From NCBI GenBank assembly GCA_028534125.1, contig CM052817.1, positions 65,970,001 through 66,034,000 of the forward strand: DNA of 64,000 nucleotides, given 5' to 3'. Within the stretch, counting starts at the first letter, position 1; each line of letters opens with the position of its first letter. The stretch is from Lama glama. Taxonomy: Eukaryota. Shown here in pieces: positions 51,676 through 63,920 of the stretch. A model generated the notes under the pieces. That model did not search any database, had not been told where the DNA came from, and saw nothing but the letters and a program-made list of their open reading frames with translations. A program made the position numbers and the translations under genes.

Positions 51676-52045
51676 TGACAAAAACACTCTCCTTGACCAA
51701 ACTTTAGAAAGGCTTGTCTGAGCCTTTCATCAAAGCCCCATCCTTGGGCCCTGTCTTCAGCGTGCCTAGTTCAGTTATAGGAAGAATTCAGCCATCCTTG
51801 GTATCTGATCACCTTAACTTGTCTTCATTCAGTAGGATCTTCCTACCCTTGATATCACCTCTTAGTAATTTTCCATCCACTGACCCCCTTGTCCAACTCT
51901 TTGGCTGTGAATTCCCACTCGTCCTGATTATATGCTAAAGTGAATTTGGTTCTCCCCTGAAGTCTCCTTTCTCCTACTGCAATGGTTCAGTGTAAAATCT
52001 GTTTTTACTACTTTAATTGATGCCTGGTTCTGGTTCTCTTTGACA
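51676..52045 (+). mobile_element. ERV1 3' LTR, MER31/MER67-like
   Basis: Starts TGACAaaaacactctccttgaccaaactttag, contains 'cttagtaattttccatccactgacccc', ends tctttgaCA. TG...CA termini. Confidence 0.85.
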
Positions 52046-52104
52046 CATGGTATGTATGGTCATAAGAAATGTTAATAAACTTTATAAACTGAAATAATGC
52101 AAGC

Positions 52105-52640
52105 ATCACTTCATTTGACAAATATTAATGGATATCCACCAAGAGGCACTCCCTTTCCTAGATGCTGAGGACAAAATGGTAGCCAAAAGCAGACAAAAGT
52201 TCTACCCTCATGAAACTGACCATCTAGTGAGGAAGAGATCACATCAACAATGATCACACAAATAACATAATATCATCACTAAGATAAATAGTTTGAAAAA
52301 AAGGTACATGGTACTTACTATAACTGGGTAAGTCAGGGAAGGCTTCCCCAAAGAACTAATGAAGTGACATTTAAGCTGAAATTTAACTATTCAAGATTAT
52401 TGGGTGTATGTATAGGGAGGGGGGGTATCAGGGGAATTTTAGGAAGAAGGAACAGCATGTGGCAAGTCTCTTATTGAAAGGGAAGGTGGAGGTGCATTCA
52501 AGGAATGAAAGAATGCCAGTGTAGACAGGTCACAGAAAATACTGCGAAGCAGGTCTTGGATGAAACTGAAGACACGTATGGGGAATGGAATACTCAAGAC
52601 TTTCTAAACCATCTAGGGATTTGCAACCTGATTCTAACCG
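52105..52640 (-). mobile_element. L2 fragment
   Basis: 'ttcatttgacaaatattaatg...ctagatgctgaggacaaaatggt...taccctcatgaaactgaccatctagtg...gtcagggaaggcttcccc...gtgacatttaagctga'. Confidence 0.8.
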
Positions 52641-52976
52641 CAACGGACACCAGTGTATGTATGTGATTATTTACCACAGTGCCTACATTACGGCGCATAG
52701 CCAATAAATGAAAACTTAGAAAATATCCAAATCATCTTAATGTGTCAATGTATGTTATTTGTCTTACACATAGGATAAACTCCATATATTACTGATTTTT
52801 GGCCCTAGGGTGGCCAGTGGGAGAAAACTAAAATCACTAGAAACCTCTGTTGCATTTTTCTGATTTAAATGTCAGAGAGATATTGACAATGGCACATTAT
52901 TTGGGAGTGTAAACTTCAGATAATCTACAGTTTGTTGGTAGTTCTATGAATTGTTATTTAAGAAGTCAATCACCCA

Positions 52977-53640
52977 TGGCCATCATCAGAAAGTCTTCAA
53001 ATAATAAATGCTGGAGAGGGTGTGGAGAAAAGGGATCCCTCCTACACTGCTGGTGGGAATGTAAATTGGTGCAGTCACTGTGAAGAACAGGAAGGAAGTA
53101 TCTTAAAAAACTAAAAATAGAGTCACCTTATGATCCAAAAATCTCACTCCTGGGCATATATCTGGAAAAGATGAAAACTCTAATTCAAAAAGATACACAC
53201 ACCCCAATGTTCACAAGCAACACTCTTTACAATAGCCAAGACATAGTAGCAACCTAAATGTCAATCAACAGATGAATAGATAAAGGAGATGTGGTGTATG
53301 TCTACAATGGAATATTACTCAGACATGAAAAAGAATGAAATATTGCCATTTTCCCGGAACATGAATGGATCTAGAGATGATCACACTGTGTGAAGTAAGT
53401 CAGAGAAAGACAATACATGGTATCACTTATATGTGGAATCTAAAAAATAATACAAATGAACTCATTTACAAAACAGAAATAGGCTCACAGACATAGAAAA
53501 CAAACTTATGGTTACCAAAGGGGGAAGGTGGGGAGGTAAGATAAATTAGGAGTTTGGAATTAACAGATATGTACCACTATATACAATTTATATATATTTA
53601 CTGTACAGCAGAGGGAATTCTATTTTTTTTTTTTTACAAA
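52977..53640 (+). mobile_element. L1 fragment: end of ORF2 (disabled) plus partial 3' UTR
   Basis: 'aataataaatgctggagagggtgtggagaaaaggga' ([14 protein letters not shown]2 Cys-rich region), 'atggaatattactcag', 'tcacttatatgtggaatctaaaaa'. Flanked by caatcaccca at 52967-52976 and 53644-53653. Confidence 0.93.
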
Positions 53641-54174
53641 CGCCAATCACCCAAATTTGAAATGAAAATGCATTTGTGTCAGAATGAGGCTCAGCCATCA
53701 GATACGGAGAATTATTATTTTGATGTGCGACACTTGAGCAAGGCCCACCCTCCCATATTTGGTCAGTCACTTCTAATTTTAAAAGACATCTTAGCCCATG
53801 TTACACAGGTTTGTAAAAACCATATTTTTCATTTTCTTATTGTTAATTGATATACCGAGCTCATGACCATGAAAACAAAGTTTATTTTTCATTAATTAAA
53901 ATTAAAACTCATCTGCAACTTAGAAAGGATGGGTAGTGGAGAGCTGTAGGCACGAGGACCTGTCTGCTCCCTCCCTCATTCCACAGCCCTCTCAGGACTT
54001 ATTTACATCCCTACAAAAGGGGAAATGCAGTGTCTGCTACAAGATCCAAATTAATCTAGTTAAAAGCTCTCTGTGCTCCTGATCACTGAACACTGGAACA
54101 GAACTGAGGGTTGCAGTATTAGCTGCAGAGCAACAGTAACAGCCATGAAAGAAAGGGCTGCAGCAATGGGAACA

Positions 54175-54375
54175 AGGCAGCTGCTATTTGCTGGGCACTT
54201 GCTCTATCTATGTGCCGTGGTTGCAGCATTTCACTTTATCTGAGTGACTGGCCTGAGACGAACACCCCATTTCTTCAAAGACGAGAGAGATGAGGTTTAC
54301 GGAGGTGAACGAACTTGTCCATTGGTAACAGCTAGGAACTTGCAGATTCCGAATGCTAATCTAGAGGGCCATGAT
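54175..54375 (-). mobile_element. MIR fragment, degraded
   Basis: 'gcagctgctatttgctgggcacttgct...ccccatttcttcaaagacgagagagatgagg...aacttgtcc...acagctagga'. Confidence 0.6.
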
Positions 54376-56706
54376 TTTTTAATCCTGATACCACCCTATG
54401 TAGGATGAAAATAAACTCACTGTCTCACTGTCTAGGGTATGCACATCAGGTGAAATGCACAGCAGAGAGGAAATCACTCCATCTTTTCTCACCTATCGTT
54501 TTGATTATTTTCCTTCAGTGAAACTGGCTAGGCAGAAGTTTGAGTGATGATCAGAGACTGCTAAACAGACCACAGTGGGGAAAGAATCTATAAACTGGCT
54601 CACTGCCACCATATCCTTAATAAGCTAACTAGCCACAAGTAACTTTGAAAGGGCCTAAAAAAACTCATGTAATTTAACATTTCCTTAATTCAGGTTCTTA
54701 AGTGGAAGGAATATTTTACATCAATAATGCACACAATTTACTTTCTAATTTCCACCTAGCTTTGATATATATTTAATAAGTATTACCAGCTTATCTCTTG
54801 AAGAAAGTGAAAAAAAAGCAGTACTTAAGATTAAGCTAAAGTCCACCTTTGAAGGAGTTGGCCTTTAATGTTTAAAACATGAGGTAGAGAATTTCCAATG
54901 AAGAATTTCTGTTCCATATTTATGATTGTCTGATAATCTCCTCTTCATCACATGATACTCAAATGGCCAATCAAATGTTACCATATAAAAACTAAATAAA
55001 AACCATATATAATTAGGATTTTAAAGGGGATGCTGAATATCTACAAATTTCTCTGAACTAAATTGAGTTCTTGAAATGGGAGCCTGATTTTCAAAGTCAA
55101 TGTTGTATAAAGAAAGAATCAGATTATGCTAATAAGGACCAAAGCAAACACGCATATTACTTTAAGAAAACAGTAAGTAATGTACAAAGGGTCTTTTGTT
55201 TGGAATGGAAACAAAAGTCTTTGGAAGTCATTTCAAAAATATTCTCCATCATAAGCAATAAAGGATATAAGATTCTGATGGCAGGTAAAAGCAGAACTAG
55301 ATGTTTTAAACGCATACCACCAGATGGCATCTTAAATCCAACAGCACATTCAGAGACTGTGAGTTAACTGAGTTTCTGAAATGGAATCAAATTCATAAAT
55401 TCCAAATAGATTTTTTTAATATTAAAATGTCTGACACTAATAAACTCCAAAGAACCCAACAATAACAGTCCTGAATATAACCAAAATACATGAATCTGAA
55501 AAGAAAGGCACTATAAATAAAATGGTGACCTTGACATCAATCTTTATTTTAAAGTTTGGCTAATACTTTTGTGTTTCCTACATTACTACCTACCATTTTT
55601 CTTTCTACTAATCCTAGTTTTACTCTATCAGAGGGCTTCATTTATTGTAAATGTGGAAAAAGAGCAGAGAGCATTACAAAGAAAAATATTAAGAAGAAAA
55701 GCTTACAGAAAAAATAAAACAGGTCAAGTTTCCTTTCACCTACATATATGACTCTCATGAAGTTGAAGTTCAAAAGCCTTGGTGTCCAAACCTTAAATAC
55801 CTTGAGGAACTGAATGAAACAATGCTGCCATGCCTAAAACCGGCTGGTACCTGGACCGCAATGTCAAATATGAATGGGAATTAATTACAGAGAAGCATAT
55901 CATACACCAAACCAGAGTCAAAAAGTAACCATCTGGGAGCAGGAATTGAAATCATGTTCAGAATATTAACGTACAATGCTGTTTCATAAAAATCTCCGAA
56001 ACAGACTCGATTATCCCCTGGATGTGGGATTCGTTGGTTGGTTTTTCCTACCATCACATAATCAGTAAAATCCTATTTTTACAAAACACATTTAACTAGA
56101 AATGTTATTTTCATGTGATAAAAGCAACTTAAAGGAGACTTGTTACCAGTTTGTAATTTATTCTTGGATTAGGTTTATGTATATATACAGTGTTTTACAC
56201 ACACCTTTTAGAGTTTAATATAAGGAAAAGAACACTGGACTTTTTAGAGAGCTTTTTTTTCCCCCCTCCTCAACAGACTGACTTAGGTCTCAAACCGTTC
56301 TGTGGATTTCGTGTTACTTCATGAGGTGATGCTCACTCCATGATGCTGGGGAGAGCCGGACAAAATAGAAGAAAAAGCGATGTGACTACCACCCACCCCC
56401 GAGACAAAAGCAAAGCCAAGACTGAACTAAAGGTCTTCTCTCAGGGAACATATTTTAACATTAGCAGGATGTGACAATAGAAGTATTTAGTTAATATTTC
56501 AATAATACATTTTATATATGAAGATACCATGTTAAATAGTGGTAAAGCAGCTGACTCAAAACTGAATATTATTTTCTTACTAATCCACTAACTAAACTAC
56601 AGACTGTTCTATAAGAAACTGCTTCTGATGGTTTATATATTTATCCAGTATCTCATTTGTCCAAAACCCTCCACTTCAGACAGATACCAAGAACTACAAC
56701 ACTAGA

Positions 56707-56836
56707 TGATCTGAGGTTGGTTGAATCTAGGGGTGCAAAACCACATATATATGGAGGGCCAACTATAAGTTATATGTACGTTTTCAACTCTGAAGAATCA
56801 GTACCCCTAAACCCCTGCTTGCACAAGGGTCAACTA
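56707..56836 (+). mobile_element. Tigger2/MER8-family 3' end fragment
   Basis: 'gatctgaggttggttgaatct...atggagggccaacta' followed by 'tacccctaaacccctgc...caagggtcaacta|ta'. Confidence 0.75.
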
Positions 56837-56924
56837 TAGTTAAATGCTACACTGCGTGGCTACTCACAGATTTAACGATTTCATGGACCTGTAAAATTAA
56901 CTTCTAGCCACAAATAAAATGGGA

Positions 56925-57150
56925 ATAGACACAGTGGAACTGCCTGGGTTTTAATACTGGTTCTGGCACTTTCTACCTCAGTCACCTTAGATACAATACT
57001 CAATTTCACTGAGCTTCAGTTTCCTCATTTGTAAAACTGAGCTGATCACGGCACCTCCTTCATAGAATTGTATGAGAACTCAGAGTTAAAAAGTACAGTG
57101 TTACAATGGTGACTGGCAAAAACCCCCAAGAACTTTAAATGTTAGCCTTT
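56925..57150 (+). mobile_element. MIR
   Basis: 'ctgcctgggttttaatactggttctggcact...ctgagcttcagtttcctcatttgtaaaa...cacctccttcatagaattgtatgaga'. Confidence 0.85.
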
Positions 57151-57991
57151 ACAACAAAATTAAGTCCTTGAAAGCTACCAAAAAACAATTATTATCTACT
57201 GCCCTTAAACACTCAACTATTTGTAAAAAGTACTGACTTACAGCAAATTGAAAAGGACAGAGTACAGTGTGTCTTAAAGCAAAATATATGTTCATGTAAT
57301 TATGATATAATTGTAATGACTGTCAAAAGTCTCCTCTGGATGCTGTTACACGTTTATTGACGTTACATAATTACTGACTTGTATGCTACATACAAGTGCT
57401 GAATTCCTGACATTCAGCGATTCTTAATATAATATTGTCTTCATTACCACACAATTCACTGAAAGATGCTTTTGACCCTGTTTTCCTTTATAAATTGTCC
57501 CAGTAGTAGCTTTCTATATCAACTCTCAAAGAGTCTATAAAGACAAGGACTACACAGGTTTCTCACTGGGAAAAACTACATAAACTCTCTGCCCCAAATA
57601 TGCTAAGCACTGTTGTTTGGTCTTCCCCCCTTGAGTTACAGCAAAATGTTTTTATTTAAAATATAGTAAATTATAATCAAGAGGCAAAATAATTTACTCC
57701 CTCTCTTTCTTGAGAACCTTTAACAGCATGCTTATTTAGTATGTTTTCTTCAGTAATGAGCAAGAACAAATTCCAGCCAAATTTGAACTGAAACAACTGA
57801 TCTTTTCAACCTAACGCAGAGGTAGAATGCAGTATATGTATGCATTCTTCACTGCCCGAGGGACAGATCCCCCACATGCACTGCACAGGTAACAGAGTGG
57901 AACAGCTGAGCATCTGTTATGTAGATAGATGCCTTTTCAGAGCGAGGTCTTCAGCGTACTAGCTCTGAGACGTCAGGCCAGTTACTTAAAC

Positions 57992-58160
57992 CAGTCGTTC
58001 CCACAGTGGGGTCCAGGGTCAAGGGTATCATTCTCATCAAGTTCTCAGGCCCTACCCCAGACCTACTGAATCAGAAACTCTGGAGGTGGGACTTAGCAAT
58101 CTGGGTTTTATGAAGCCTTTCTGGCAGTTCTGATCCACGCTCAAGTCTGAGAAACACAAC
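57992..58160 (+). mobile_element. MER5A (hAT-Charlie)
   Basis: 'ggccctaccccagacctactgaatcagaaactctggaggtggg...agcaatctgggtttt...ttctgatccacgctcaagtctgagaa'. Confidence 0.9.
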
Positions 58161-59269
58161 TCTCTGAGATGCCCTTTTCTCATTTGGAAGATGGGTTTCC
58201 TAAGACCAACCTTGAGAAACCAGGGAGGAAAACAGATAAGGGAACAGGACACAGGCTCTCTAATGACCTTTCATCTGACTGTTACCTTTTTTTTTTTTTT
58301 AAATCAAGGGTCCAAATTAAGGGGAATAAGAACATCAAACTGGTGTGCTGTGGCCACAGGCTGGGCCTGAAATGTGCTGATCTGCCAGCAGTGGGCTGGG
58401 TACCAAAATAGGCCTCTGGCTGCAAGGCAGGCCCTAAAGCCTTGGTCACTGAAATCACAAGTGGGCAAAATGCCCCAGAAGTCATATTTTATCCCCATAT
58501 AAACTAAGGCCACGTTGCTCTGATAGTGACAAATGACAGAACGAGGAGACTAGACACTGATCTTTTAGTTCTCAAAAGACTCTGGATTCTCACCCCCACT
58601 TGACTCTCCCCGGAGTCAAAGGCCTGGGGAATTCTCCTAATTGACGTCAGCTGCTGTAAGGGAAGGAATGCCATGACCTTAAACTTGGCCACTGGCTCAC
58701 TCTCACATCCAGGAACAAAGCCAGAGGGTTCTCCTGGCAACTGCCTGACATGCTAAATGGCAGACACAGCCACTGAGGGAATCCTTCACTGCCCGAGGGA
58801 CAGATCCCCCACCGCAGGAAACAGACAGAGCGGAGAGATTAGCAGTTTGCCCAGCTGATGCTGGCCTATCCCCTAGGCCCAGAGAGCAGAAAATGAGTTC
58901 TAAATCATTCTGTTCAAAGACCTAAGCTCCTGGTCTGCTTCTGTGTTATAAATGAGGGAAATTTTCTGTGCTAAGTCAAAGGGAAAACAGGAGAGTAAGA
59001 GAACTCAAAGGAGCGATGGAGTAAACTGGATCCCTGCATAAATCATCCTGCTATACTCAAGAAGTCCTCAGTAGAAATTAAATACAAACTTATCAGACAT
59101 TTTAAGATCAATGCTTACTATCATTTCTGAAAAGTCCTATACTCAAAATCAGATTCAGTCCTCCTACTCTGCCAGAGTCATCGCCGTGGCTCCCTCGGAG
59201 CAGTGTGAAAGGTTCCTGATCAACCCCGCTCCCAAGGGTTCCTCCCAGATCACTTGACTCATCTCATCC

Positions 59270-59810
59270 GGACGCTATGCTGGCCGCAGATTTGATTGCG
59301 TAACTCCCCTGCTCCAAAACCCTTTCGACGTCTCGGTGCCTACAGACCAGTAACCGAATGTCTAAGTGTTGCTTAGGGCAGACTAATATCTGACCCTGAC
59401 CATCCAGCCTGCCTCACCACCCGCCTCCCCAGCCACTCACACCCTCTGAGACCCTGTCTTCCCATAGCCAACCCCTAAGATCATGCCTTCCCGTTTTACC
59501 AAAAAAAAAAAAAAAAAATCAGTGTCTTTAATATGCTGTTGTCTCTGCCAAGAATAACCTCTGCTAGCTTTTTCACATGGTAAAATTTCACTTATCACAG
59601 ATGCTCCAGTTCAAATATCATGCAACCTGTCAAGATTCTCCTGGCTTCCCTGCATTCCTTTTTCTGAGTTCTCACAATAATTTACAGGCACCTCCATTAG
59701 TTCTTAACAAATTTTATAGTAATTATCTATTAATGTATCTGACTCCCCAAGTAGACCTTGAGTTCTCTAGTCAAGAACCACACCTCATCTGTTTCGTCTG
59801 CAATTCCTAA
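59270..59810 (+). mobile_element. L2 3' region with an internal poly(A) run at 59501-59518
   Basis: 'taactcccctgctccaaaaccctttc', 'tgctgttgtctctgcc', 'tctgactccccaagtagaccttgagttctc'. Confidence 0.65.
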
Positions 59811-60172
59811 CCTTCTGAAACAGTTCTCTATCCACATTCAGGACAGATAGGATCTGAGCTCTTTAACAGCTTAACTAAAAGATGTAATATAATAATCAGT
59901 GGACACTGTCAGGGAAATACTTAAAAGGTAGGAAAACTTTTTAAAGTTAGCTCTATCCAGTTGGATATGTGTAAATTTGCTTGAATATCTAGGTTATAGC
60001 CTTTCATTTAACCAATAGTTTGATGCATGTACCTTTCAGCAAATATCTGATTCAGTTTTCTTGTTATATTCTGAGCCCTGGAAAGACAGAGACCAGGTCT
60101 TATCCACTTGTGTATAACCTACACCACCTGTACCAGGTAAATGTTTGTTAAATTGAATTCCCAAATGAGTTG

Positions 60173-60522
60173 TATCTTAGTTCAGGCTGCTATTACAAAA
60201 TACCTTAAGCTGGAGCTTAAAGAGCAAACATTTATTTCTCACAGCTCTGGAGGCTGAAAAGTCCAGAATCAAGGTGCTGGCATATCCAGTGCTTATGAGG
60301 GCTCTACTCCTGGTTTGCAGATGCCCATCTTCCTCTGTATCCCCACGTGGAGGAATGAGAGAAGGCTTCCCATCTCTTTCTCTTGCCTTAAGGGCACTAA
60401 TCCTGTTACGTGAGGTCCACCCTCAGGACTCATCTAAAATCTAATTCCCTCCCAAAACGTCACCTCCAAATAACATCACACTGGGGATGAAGGCTTCAAA
60501 ATGTAACATTCAGTCCATAGCA
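60173..60522 (-). mobile_element. MaLR solo LTR, MLT1A0-like, with perfect 5-bp TSD
   Basis: 'tcttagttcaggctgctattacaaaatacc...tttatttctcacagctctggaggctg...aacattcagtccatagca'. TSD agttg at 60168-60172 and 60523-60527. Confidence 0.92.
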
Positions 60523-63500
60523 AGTTGCTACCCAGCTATCTGGCCACATTTTAACATTCCACCTGTATGCCTGCAAGGAAACAAAGATAAATTCAACTCA
60601 AGTTTCAAAAAAGAGTCCAAAAGGGAAGACGCTTTCCTTTACGAAATGCCTCCAATACAGAAACACATTCTTCAAATTAAATCTCTGAAACAGCTACCAT
60701 TCTAATCAGGAAAGTTAATTTAGAGAAAAGAGCAGAACGTAACTCATACCTCACTTGTTTTGATTGGGGACCCACAGCTAATCCTCACTTCTACTCCCAT
60801 GGAGATGGTTACTGGCTTACCTAAATCCATGCTCCTGAAGGACAAGGTACACAGAGCTTTAACTCCTTCCCCAGAAGGACACAGGAAGGGAGCCAGGTTG
60901 GGACTGGACAGTTTCCTGATCCTTCTTCTCCAAAATAAAAAGTACAGAATTTTAAGGGGAAAAATCCTAAATGAACATAAACCTTTTACTGCTTTAAAAA
61001 CACTTGAGCGAGAGGACATAAGGAAAGTTGGGCAGCTTTGTAAATTTAAACATTAAAGAGAACTGCTGAAGGAATGAAATAATGTCCAGATTTCAAATAA
61101 CCAAGACACTAATTTCTAGATTTTTCTTTAAACGGGAGGGAACCATGGCACAGGCATTAGCACAACTCCTCTGGAAACATTTGAGAGTGAAACATTTTTA
61201 TTAATCAAAAGTAGGACGGAAGAAAAGTGGAGGGAAAGCTGGGGAGTGGCTTTTGAACATAATTATAAAACATTTGCCATTTGTTTGGTTTTGTGAGTTT
61301 ACAGACCTGCTACACTTAAAGCTGAATTCCAGACCAGAAGTTACTAGTCAGTTTCTACCCAGACCACTCACCTTACATTTTTAGGAATCTGCCACACGCA
61401 GGTGAGAGGCTATTTCTAATACCACTTGAAAATCTCCATACAGACAGGCTTCGGGCTATTTTTTTCCTGCTAAATTAAAAGCCCTTGCTTCTTTCCCTTT
61501 AATATTTTTTCATGGGTTTCCATTTGTAACTCTATTATTTTCCTTCTTACCCCTCTCCTCTTCTACTTCTTTTCTTCCTTCTCCTCTGAACTGTTTAAGT
61601 TCTCCATTTTTCTTAAATGTTGAATTCCGGACTAAATAAAGAATGCTCTACCCTGAAGCTCTGTATGTAAACCATGCCTTTTCTTGCATAGCCTAGTGCT
61701 AATAAAATATAGCTTTATTGATTCAGTTACCCAAATAACAAATATTCTACATTTAAAAATAAATATTACACTGCTGGTTCAGCTGTCCAGATGAAATAAA
61801 ATCTCAGAACAGTCATATTCATAAAATGTTACTCATAAGTTAGAAGAAGTATCCTGAAATACAAGGAGATTGTGATTTTCTCCAGTCCATGTGCTCTGCT
61901 TGTATTTTGCAGTCCTCTGTGTTTCAGCTTTTGCCTGAAAGCTCACTGGCTGGAAGACAAGGCTATGAATTTAGCTTTCGGGTGAATTATATGCAAAAGG
62001 CTTCCCCCTCTTTTATCCAAATGTTAAAATAAATTACCCTCCACCACTTACATTCGGTATTTTTATAGTTCCAGAAAAAGGGGAAAGAGATCTCTGCGAT
62101 AGAATCTTCTGGAGGCTCTAGGACTTTGCCTTCCTAAGAAACATGACCAGCCCTCTAGAGGACAGCTTTCCCTGCCTGGGCTCTATTTCAGGAGCACTCC
62201 GCAGCCTGTGTGTCCCCACAGCTGCTTCTGCCACCATCTAAAGGGCTCTGTTGTTGTTGCTTCTCCCCCAGGGAAAGTTATACATAACTGAGTCCTGATT
62301 TCCAAAGTCTCTTCATATCTATATTTTGAGATTTGCCAAAGCGTCAGCAGGAATCTCACTAGAAAAATCTAACTTTGTCTAGCAACCGCTCCTGGATATG
62401 AGGGTGATGAGTCTACAGGCTCCAGAAAGTTTCGGGGATAAAGCATCACGGATCTGACTCTGCCAGAATCTCCCCTGTCGTCCGTCCAGGACAGAGCCTC
62501 ATCAAACGGAAGAGCCGGCCGCACCCCAGAAAGTACATCCCTGTAAGTGTCTATTGTGCATGTCTCCTTTTAGTTGTAATTATCACCTCCATGAACACCT
62601 ACGGGGCTCATTAGTAAGTTTAACACGAATTCTTCATTGACAGTCACAGAAATGGAAAAAATATCATAACAAATATCATAATACATCATATTTATATATC
62701 ATGTCACATTATGATATAATAGAACAGCATAATAAAATATCAAGCCAGCCAGTCTTACCAAAACTAAACAAGCTTAATGATTTAGATATCATTTAAAGCT
62801 ATTATTTTACCATTTATTTATAGGTGGGATTTACAGTCAATCTTTTAAAGTAGTTTCTTTGCTGATGGATTTCAAGCTCATATTTAGATATTAAAAAATT
62901 GTAATATTTTAATATCTAGGAAAGCAAGGCATGTACCCATTGGTTTTGTCCTTACATTTTCATAGTATCTTTGAGTAGAAGATAAATAATGCATGACTCC
63001 ATTTAAATACATGGAAAATGGGGTTCATAGTGATACACACAGGGTAAGTGTGTAGCTTGACTTATTCACCACTGGCCCAACACCAACTTAACACCATTGG
63101 AGCCATTTTCTCCTGCTGCCTGGCCCCAAACACAATCATTATTTTTATGAGTTACAAACAAGAAAAACAGCATTGCCAACCAAAACCAAAATGTAAATAA
63201 CATCAGTTTCTTTGGAATAGGAACCATTAGGGACATTTTAATCAAGCAAGGTCTAGTTTGATATTCAAGAGGGTTTTTCTTGCTTCTAATAGTCACCATC
63301 AAAAATATATTTGAAGGCCAGTAATATTAGGAGTACATGAAGATTTGAAAGAAAGAAGCAATCAGTAGTATGCATGAAATATTTTAAATGCCCTCTTCAT
63401 TTTGAAAAAGACAATATTCCAAGTCTAAATTTCTTCCTTTTGCCTGAATGATAATAATTAAGAAGAAAAATAAATGTTTTTTAAGCTTCTCTAGAAATAA

Positions 63501-63743
63501 AAACCTGCAAGTTCAGAAAACTTCCCAAAGTGTAGATGAAAAGCCCCTACTATTTGACCTTCTATACCACACAAAACTTTTGGACACGATCTAATGTTTA
63601 TGGTCTAAGAGAAGTTACATTTATGCCAAATATGTATCTGCCCTTAAGAAGTAAAAGAACAAAAACACTCAGGAAGTAAAGACATATATTCTAGGCACAA
63701 AATGCTATAGGAAGGAGAGAGATTTGGTCTTCTTCCTGGAGTT

Positions 63744-63920
63744 CAGTGGTTCTCAAACTTTAATGTGCATCACAATCACCTAGAGGACTTGATAAAGCAG
63801 ATTGCTGGGCTTCACCCCCAGAGAATCTGATTCGGTAGTGCTGGGCTAGGGGCTGAGAATGGACCTTCCAGGTGGTGATGAAGGTGATGCTAGTCTGGGA
63901 TGACGCTCTGAAAACCACTG
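63744..63920 (-). mobile_element. MER5A (hAT-Charlie), near complete
   Basis: TIRs cagtggttctcaaa / tctgaaaaccactg. Interior 'gcagattgctgggcttcacccccagagaatctgattcggtag'. Confidence 0.9.

Noticed and set aside
62383..62542. Coding exon on the plus strand (tag|CAACC...CCT|gtaagt) or the minus strand
   Set aside because: All plus frames contain stops. The open minus frame gives an unrecognised peptide with no convincing donor.
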